The translations under genes and the position numbers were made by a program. A DNA stretch of 64,000 nucleotides from positions 1-64,000 of the forward strand of contig CAWCPV010000006.1 of the NCBI GenBank assembly GCA_963797555.1, given 5' to 3'. The stretch comes from an uncultured Gammaproteobacteria bacterium (GTDB lineage: Bacteria > Pseudomonadota > Gammaproteobacteria > CAWCPV01). Positions 58,816-64,000 of the stretch are shown here, in pieces (within the stretch, counting starts at the first letter, position 1; each line of letters opens with the position of its first letter). The notes below the pieces were generated by a model that did no database searches, was not told where the DNA came from, and saw only the letters and a list, made by a program, of their open reading frames with translations.

Positions 58816-60903
58816 TCAGGGGGCCGCTGGCGGCGGCTCCTGCTCGGGAATCGAGTCCAACTGGGAGAGCCACGCCGCCGCCTCGCCGTCGCTGGGCGCC
58901 CGGTAATCGCCGCGCGGTGACAGCGAGCCGCCCGACCCGACCTTGGGCGCGTTGGGCATGGCGCTGCGCTTGAACTGGCTGAGCTGGAAGAAGCGCTCGA
59001 GGAAAACCCCGAGCCACCGGCGTATTTCGGCGATGGTGTACTCGCGGCGCTCGGACTCCGGGATATCCGGCCACACGCCGCGCGCCGCATCGTGCCAGGC
59101 GCACCAGGCGAGGAAAGCGACCTTCGGCGGGGCGTAGCCGAAGCGCAGGATTTGGTAGAGATTGAAGTCCTGCAGCTCGTAAGGACCGACCACCGCTTCG
59201 GTGCGCTGATTCGGCTGCCCGCCCTCCCCGTCCGGCTCCGCGGGGACCAGCTCGGGACTGATCTCGGTCTCCAGCACCTCCTCCAGCACCGCACTCACCT
59301 CGGGGCCGAGCTGACGCGTCTTCGCTACCCAGCGGATCAGGTACTGGATCAGCGTCTTCGGGACGCTGGCGTTCACGCCGTAGTGGGCCATCTGGTCGCC
59401 CACGCCGTAGGTGCACCAGCCCAGGGCCAGCTCGCTGAGATCGCTGGTCCCGACCACCAGGCCGCCGTGGCGGTTCGCCAGCCGGAACAGCAGGCTGGTG
59501 CGTGCGCCCGCCTGCACGTTCTCGAAGGTCACGTCGTACACCGGCTCACCCCGCGCGTAGGGGTGATCGATGTCGCGCAGCATCTGCAGGCAGCCGGGGC
59601 GGATGTCCACCTCCCGCGCGGGGCACCCCAGGGCCGCGATGAGGCGCCGCGCCTGCGCCAGGGTGCGGGCGCTGGTCGCGAAGCCCGGCAGGGTATACGC
59701 AAGCACATGGCTGCGCGGCAGCCCCAGCACGTCCATGGCGTGGCCGCACACCAGCAGCGCCTGGGTCGAGTCGAGCCCCCCCGAGACGCCGATGACCACC
59801 TTGTCCACTTGCGCGGCGTGCAGGCGCTTCACCAGCCCCTGCACCTGGATCTCGTACACCTCCCGGCAGCGCTCGTCGCGCCGGTTCGGATCGCTCGGAA
59901 CATAGGGGAAACGCTCGTAAGCCCGCTCCGGCAGCAGCACGCCCCGGCTGGGAAGGTCGAGCGGCACCGGCACCGTACGATAGTCCTGCAGGTCCTGCCG
60001 GTGGCGGTAGCGTGCCTGGGCGAAGGTGCCCTGGCGCATCCTGTCCTGAACGAGACGCTCCAGGTCGACGTCCCCGGTGACGAGCTGGGCGCTATAGCGG
60101 AACCGCTCCGACTCCGCGATCCGCGTCCCGTTCTCGTAGATCAGGGCGTGCCCGTCCCAGGCCAGCTCCGTGGTCGACTCCCCGCTCCCGGCCGCGCAGT
60201 ACACGTAGGCCGCGAGGCAGCGCCCCGACTGGTTCTCCACGAGCTGGCGGCGGTAGTCCGCCTTGCCCACGGTGATGTTCGACGCGGACAGGTTCACGAG
60301 CACCGTGGCGCCCGCCAGCGCCGCATAGCTCGAAGGCGGGATGGGCACCCAGAGGTCTTCGCAGATCTCCACCGAGAAGGTCAGCAGCGGCTGACTCTCG
60401 GCCGCGAACAGCAGGCGGTTGCCGAAGGGCACGTCGCGGCTCCCGAGCAGGTCCACGGTGCTCCTGCCGGCCACGTCCGCCGGCGTGAACTGGCGCAGCT
60501 CGTAGAACTCCCGGTAGTTGGGGAGGTAGGTCTTGGGGACGATCCCCAGCAGCTTGCCGCGGTAAAGCACCGCCGCGCAGTTGTAGAGCAGCCCGTCCAC
60601 TTGGAGCGGCAGCCCCACTACCGCGACCACGGGCAGCGCATGGGAGGCGTGCAGGATACGCGACAGAGCGTCCACGCAGCCGTCCAGCAGCGCCTGCTGG
60701 TGGAACAGGTCCTCGCAGGAATAGGCCGACAGCCCCAATTCCGGGAACACGACCAGCGCCGCCCGCCGCGCCGCCGCCCGTTCCAGCAGCGCGATGGTCT
60801 GGGCGGCGTTGAACGCCGGGTCCGCCACCTTCACCTCGGGCGACGCGGCCGCGACCCGCACCATACGGTGGCGGTAAAGGTTGAAGAAGTCTTCGGTTTC
60901 CAT
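58816..60903 (-). CDS. nadE: Glutamine-dependent NAD+ synthetase
   Basis: N-terminal nitrilase/CN-hydrolase domain (…[16 protein letters not shown]…) and C-terminal NAD-synthetase domain with the PP-loop GVSGGLDST. Start at the ATG at 60903. The track's 120-aa N-terminal extension is the DGR template repeat, not coding. Confidence 0.88.
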   Translation of the reverse strand: METEDFFNLYRHRMVRVAAASPEVKVADPAFNAAQTIALLERAAARRAALVVFPELGLSAYSCEDLFHQQALLDGCVDALSRILHASHALPVVAVVGLPLQVDGLLYNCAAVLYRGKLLGIVPKTYLPNYREFYELRQFTPADVAGRSTVDLLGSRDVPFGNRLLFAAESQPLLTFSVEICEDLWVPIPPSSYAALAGATVLVNLSASNITVGKADYRRQLVENQSGRCLAAYVYCAAGSGESTTELAWDGHALIYENGTRIAESERFRYSAQLVTGDVDLERLVQDRMRQGTFAQARYRHRQDLQDYRTVPVPLDLPSRGVLLPERAYERFPYVPSDPNRRDERCREVYEIQVQGLVKRLHAAQVDKVVIGVSGGLDSTQALLVCGHAMDVLGLPRSHVLAYTLPGFATSARTLAQARRLIAALGCPAREVDIRPGCLQMLRDIDHPYARGEPVYDVTFENVQAGARTSLLFRLANRHGGLVVGTSDLSELALGWCTYGVGDQMAHYGVNASVPKTLIQYLIRWVAKTRQLGPEVSAVLEEVLETEISPELVPAEPDGEGGQPNQRTEAVVGPYELQDFNLYQILRFGYAPPKVAFLAWCAWHDAARGVWPDIPESERREYTIAEIRRWLGVFLERFFQLSQFKRSAMPNAPKVGSGGSLSPRGDYRAPSDGEAAAWLSQLDSIPEQEPPPAAP

Positions 60904-61154
60904 GGCCTGTCGCGGAGCTTCGAGCCAGACCACTCTAGTGGAGCGAGCGCTGCCGCCGCAAGGGCGCTGAATCCTCGGTCCGGTAGCCGGCTGGAGGGCG
61001 ACCCCGATTCCCTGTGTAAGACATCCCGGCGGCTGTCGCTCCCGCCGGGAGCCAGGACAGCCGCCGGGCACCGCTCTCATCATGACCGGCGTTGGACGCG
61101 CGAGCGCACTCCTGGCCCGTCCTTGAACGGGCCGGCTCCCGCCTCGCAGCGTAC

Positions 61155-61267
61155 TGGCAACACGAAACCCCAGGTTGTTGTTCCGATCGGAGACGGTATT
61201 CCTGTTGCGGTTGGCGGAGCGCACGTTCTGCGGGGTATTGTTCCAACTGCCGCCGCGGTTCACGCGC
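61155..61267 (-). repeat. DGR template repeat TR_A
   Basis: On the minus strand it reads …AACCGCGGCGGCAGTTGGAACAATACCCCGCAGAACGTGCGCTCCGCCAACCGCAACAGGAATACCGTCTCCGATCGGAACAACAACCTGGGGTTTCGTGTTGCCAG. Compared with the VR at 62805-62920 there are 18 substitutions at TR adenine positions and only 2 elsewhere. Confidence 0.75.
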
Positions 61268-61281
61268 CGCCCTGACGCCGG

Positions 61282-62373
61282 TCAGGCTCCCGCGGGCCGG
61301 TCGGACCCGGCAGGTGCCGGGTCGAACCAGCCGCCGCGAAAGATGGCGTGGCGCAGCCGCCGCGTGTGCCCATGCGCGGCGTGCGCGACCCAGGACTGCA
61401 CCCGTTGGCGCACCTCCTTCTCGGTGACGGTCCCCTGCCCCCAGCGGTCGCGCAGCCCCCGCAAACGGTTGCGGAAGCGCCGGACATTGGATTCCGGCAG
61501 GCGCCGCCGCCCGTTTGCGTGCAGCTCGAAGCCGAGGAACGTCGCCGGCTCGGCGGTCGCCAGAACCAGGGTCTTGTCCGGGTGCAGCGACAGGCGGCGC
61601 CGGGCGAGATATTCGGCGATGCGCTCCCGCCATGCCGCGAGCTGCGCCGGGTCGTCGTGGAACAGTGCCAGATCGTCCACGTAGCGGACATAGCCGGGCG
61701 CGCGCAGGACTTCCTTGACGAAGTGGTCCAGGCCATCCAGGTAGACGTTGGCGAAGAGCTGGCTGGTCAGGTTGCCAATGGGCAGCCCGCGGCGGCGCTC
61801 GAAGGGTGTGAACAGGCCGTCACCCGGGTAGTAGAGATGGACCGGCTCCTGGGGATTGGAGCCGTCGACGATCAGGTCCAGCAAGCGCAAGGCGCGCGCG
61901 CAGGCGATGCGCCGGCGCAGATCCCGCTTCAGGATGGCGTGGTCGATCGCCGGAAAGTACCGGTAGATGTCGGCGCGCAGCACGTATCGGTGGCGGTCGC
62001 GGTAATGCTCGTAGCGGGCAACGGCGCGGTGGGTGCCCTTGCCCCGGCGGTTGGCGAAGCTGTCCGGGATGAAGCCGCGCTCGAACAGCGGCTCCACCAC
62101 GGCGCAAAGGGCATGATGCACCACCCGGTCGCGAAACGGCGCGGCCGACACCCGCCGCGGCTTGGGGTCGCGCACCTCCATCACCGTGTAGCCGCCGGGC
62201 CTCCACGAGCCGTCGCGCAGCGCCCGCTCCAGGACCAACAGGTTCGTCTCCAGTCCCGCCAGGAAGGCGGCGACGCCGGCCTTGGCGCGCTTGCCGCGCG
62301 CCGCCCGCTGTGCCGCCGCGTGCAGGGCGTGAAAGTTGGCGATGCCCTCGAACAGATGATCAGCCCTGCGCAC
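61282..62373 (-). CDS. DGR reverse transcriptase
   Basis: 363 aa. RT motifs include LPIGNLTSQLFANVYL (the DGR-specific [I/L]GxxxSQ) and YVRYVDDLALF (YxDD box). Compact size is typical of Brt-like DGR RTs. Confidence 0.85.
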   Translation of the reverse strand: MRRADHLFEGIANFHALHAAAQRAARGKRAKAGVAAFLAGLETNLLVLERALRDGSWRPGGYTVMEVRDPKPRRVSAAPFRDRVVHHALCAVVEPLFERGFIPDSFANRRGKGTHRAVARYEHYRDRHRYVLRADIYRYFPAIDHAILKRDLRRRIACARALRLLDLIVDGSNPQEPVHLYYPGDGLFTPFERRRGLPIGNLTSQLFANVYLDGLDHFVKEVLRAPGYVRYVDDLALFHDDPAQLAAWRERIAEYLARRRLSLHPDKTLVLATAEPATFLGFELHANGRRRLPESNVRRFRNRLRGLRDRWGQGTVTEKEVRQRVQSWVAHAAHGHTRRLRHAIFRGGWFDPAPAGSDRPAGA

Positions 62374-62758
62374 CGCGGTCGGCCTTCATCCAGCCCCCCA
62401 CCAGCCGCCCCACCTCGTCCACGCTGCGGGCGACGTGCTCGTAACGGCGCAGATCGAGGTAGCCGAGATCCTTCGATAGCCGAAACAGAAAACGCAGCTT
62501 CTCCAGCCGCAGGTTCACCCGGCGCAGGATCGGCGCCGCCTCGCGCGTGTAGGTGGCCTCGATCAGCCCTTCCAGCAAGTCCAGCGCCGTGCCCTGGATG
62601 CGGTCGCCCAGCAGGAAGCGCTGGCTGCGCGGGAACTTCTCCACCGTCGGGATCATCCACAGCAGAAACTGGTAGGCCCGCTCCAACGCCGGGCCGTGGC
62701 GCCGCGCCGGGTCGGGCTGCCGACCCGGCGCGGCGCGCGGTGGCTGGGTGCTCGCCAC
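62360..62758 (-). CDS. Accessory variability determinant (Avd), four-helix-bundle protein
   Basis: 132 aa. ERAYQFLLWMIPTVEKFPRSQRFLLGDRIQGTALDLLEGLIEA matches the bAvd / TIGR02436 four-helix-bundle family. Overlaps the RT start by ~14 nt. GTG start. Confidence 0.75.
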   Translation of the reverse strand: MASTQPPRAAPGRQPDPARRHGPALERAYQFLLWMIPTVEKFPRSQRFLLGDRIQGTALDLLEGLIEATYTREAAPILRRVNLRLEKLRFLFRLSKDLGYLDLRRYEHVARSVDEVGRLVGGWMKADRGAQG

Positions 62759-62801
62759 GACGGGGTAAAGGGGTAAAGAAGCTAAGCCCTAAGCTGCCGT
62801 T

Positions 62802-63968
62802 TCACGGCAGCGTCCTGGCAACACGAAACCCCGGGGCGCCGTTCCGAGCGGAGACGGGATACCAGCCGCGGCTGGCGGAGCGCACGAACAGCGGGGAAGA
62901 GTCCCAACTGCCGCCGCGGTTAACGCGCCGCCCGCAGTCGCCCCGGTGGCTGGCGCTGCCGTCGGCCGGCGCGCCCGCGTAGCTCTCGTCGTAGCAGTCC
63001 TCGGTCCATTCCCAGACGTTTCCCAGCATGTCGTAGAGCCCGAATGCGTTCGGCCGGAAGGAGCCCACCGGGGCGGTGTCGGGGTAGCCGTCGTCGCAGG
63101 CGAAGGCCGGCCAAGGGTACCGCGACGAATATTTGGTCTCGCCGGACCAATCATAGACGTTGGCGAACTGACAGGCGCGGTCCGTCGACGTGCCCCAGAA
63201 CCGGGGCTTCTGCGATCCGGCGCGCGCCGCGTACTCCCACTCCGCCTCGCTCGGCAGACGGTATCCCTTGCCGGTCTTCTCCGACAGCCACTCGGTGAAG
63301 CCCACCGCCTCCTCCCAGGTGACGTTGATGACCGGCTGGCGACCGCGGCCCCAGCCCTCGTCTCCCACCTGCCCACAGTCCCCGGCACGCGCGCACGCGT
63401 CCCACTCGTTGAAGGTCACCTCGTACTTGCCCAGCGCAAAGGGCTTCGCCAAGGTGACCTCGTGGGCGGGCCCCTCGTTGTTGTCGCGCCCCGCCTCGCT
63501 GGGCGGCGAGCCCATCACGAAGGACCCGGCCGGGATGACCACCATCGCCGGGCAAACGTCGCAGTCCTGGAACTCGGTGCCGGGCTTAGGGTAACGCGGC
63601 GCGGCGCTGGCGGTGCCCTTCCCGGACAGCTCGGCGAGGCGGCGCTTCGCCTGGGGTGCCACCGGGCTGTTCGGGTCCGCCTTGAGCGAGGCATCGAAGC
63701 GCGCGCGGGCCTGGTCCTTCTTGCCCAGCGCCAGATAGGTCTCGCCCAGGTAGTAGTTCGCCGGGGCATTGTCGGGCTCGACCTTGAGCCCTTGCTCGAA
63801 CTTGGCCGCCGCTGCGTCGAGCTTGCCCGCCTTCCTCAGCTCGAAGGCGTCGAAGAACAATTGCTGCGCGCCCCCTTGCTGCGCATGGCCATTGCCCGAC
63901 CCGACAGCGGTAGAAAAAAGCACCAACCACACCATGAGCCCAAACGGTTTCAGCAGAACCTTCCCCAT
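62802..63968 (-). CDS. Secreted TPR + FGE-sulfatase (C-type-lectin fold) protein, DGR variable protein
   Basis: Signal peptide, TPR segment (YYLGETYLALGKKDQARARFDASLKADPNS), then FGE/SUMF1 domain (…WEEAVGFTEWLS…WEWTEDCY…GGSWDSS…FRVARTLP). The C-terminal codons coincide with the VR. Confidence 0.8.
   Translation of the reverse strand: MGKVLLKPFGLMVWLVLFSTAVGSGNGHAQQGGAQQLFFDAFELRKAGKLDAAAAKFEQGLKVEPDNAPANYYLGETYLALGKKDQARARFDASLKADPNSPVAPQAKRRLAELSGKGTASAAPRYPKPGTEFQDCDVCPAMVVIPAGSFVMGSPPSEAGRDNNEGPAHEVTLAKPFALGKYEVTFNEWDACARAGDCGQVGDEGWGRGRQPVINVTWEEAVGFTEWLSEKTGKGYRLPSEAEWEYAARAGSQKPRFWGTSTDRACQFANVYDWSGETKYSSRYPWPAFACDDGYPDTAPVGSFRPNAFGLYDMLGNVWEWTEDCYDESYAGAPADGSASHRGDCGRRVNRGGSWDSSPLFVRSASRGWYPVSARNGAPGFRVARTLP
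62805..62920 (-). repeat. DGR variable repeat VR_A (last ~37 codons of the target gene)
   Basis: …AACCGCGGCGGCAGTTGGGACTCTTCCCCGCTGTTCGTGCGCTCCGCCAGCCGCGGCTGGTATCCCGTCTCCGCTCGGAACGGCGCCCCGGGGTTTCGTGTTGCCAG. Followed by a GCTGCCG-tgaaa-CGGCAGC hairpin that spans the stop codon. Confidence 0.75.
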
Positions 63969-64000
63969 CTTTGCCTCCCTTGCGGCGTGGCCGCTTACCA

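Larger units (their letters stand above)
61155..63968 (-). mobile_element. Diversity-generating retroelement (target gene with VR, avd, RT, TR)
   Basis: Co-oriented target/VR, Avd, RT with the IGxxxSQ motif, and a 113-bp TR whose mismatches to the VR are almost all at TR adenines. Confidence 0.8.

Noticed and set aside
60904-61263. 120-aa N-terminal extension of nadE in the six-frame track (starting [20 protein letters not shown]…)
   Set aside because: The extension is TR_A of the DGR translated in frame. The real nadE start is the ATG at 60903, where the nitrilase domain begins.

Overview
High-GC (about 65-70%) bacterial chromosomal window, with a proteobacterial-looking gene set. Roughly 0-42 kb carries core and metabolic genes interleaved with accessory genes. 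These include pyruvate dehydrogenase aceE-aceF, a two-subunit pyruvate carboxylase, hrpA, an in-frame ferritin-like/encapsulin fusion gene, a CspA-family gene, prfC, a GlpD-like oxidoreductase, a two-domain PPK2, secreted proteases, ABC transporters and two IorAB-type molybdenum hydroxylase pairs, one of them frameshifted. About 42.8-52.8 kb is a conflict/defence island with three NLR-like STAND NTPases: DUF4062-NB-ARC-TPR, DUF4062-NTPase-FGE(C-type-lectin fold) and TIR-NACHT-FGE. The two FGE-type C-termini flank a decayed diversity-generating retroelement (DGR) cassette made of a template repeat plus Avd and RT remnants. About 61.1-64.0 kb is an intact DGR: template repeat, RT with the IGxxxSQ motif, Avd, and a secreted TPR-FGE target whose 3' variable repeat differs from the template almost only at template adenines. 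The most interesting hypothesis is that one DGR RT diversifies both a secreted lectin-fold protein and, in trans, TIR/DUF4062-armed STAND receptors. Other observations: a dispersed ~180-200 bp structured repeat family at 5 or more sites, an rlpA-like gene interrupted by an in-frame TGA, a Znu-like metal uptake cluster with an outer-membrane barrel, and nadE. No tRNA, rRNA or CRISPR arrays were recognised. My manual nucleotide indexing may be off by 1-2 nt in places; ORF-track coordinates were used where possible.
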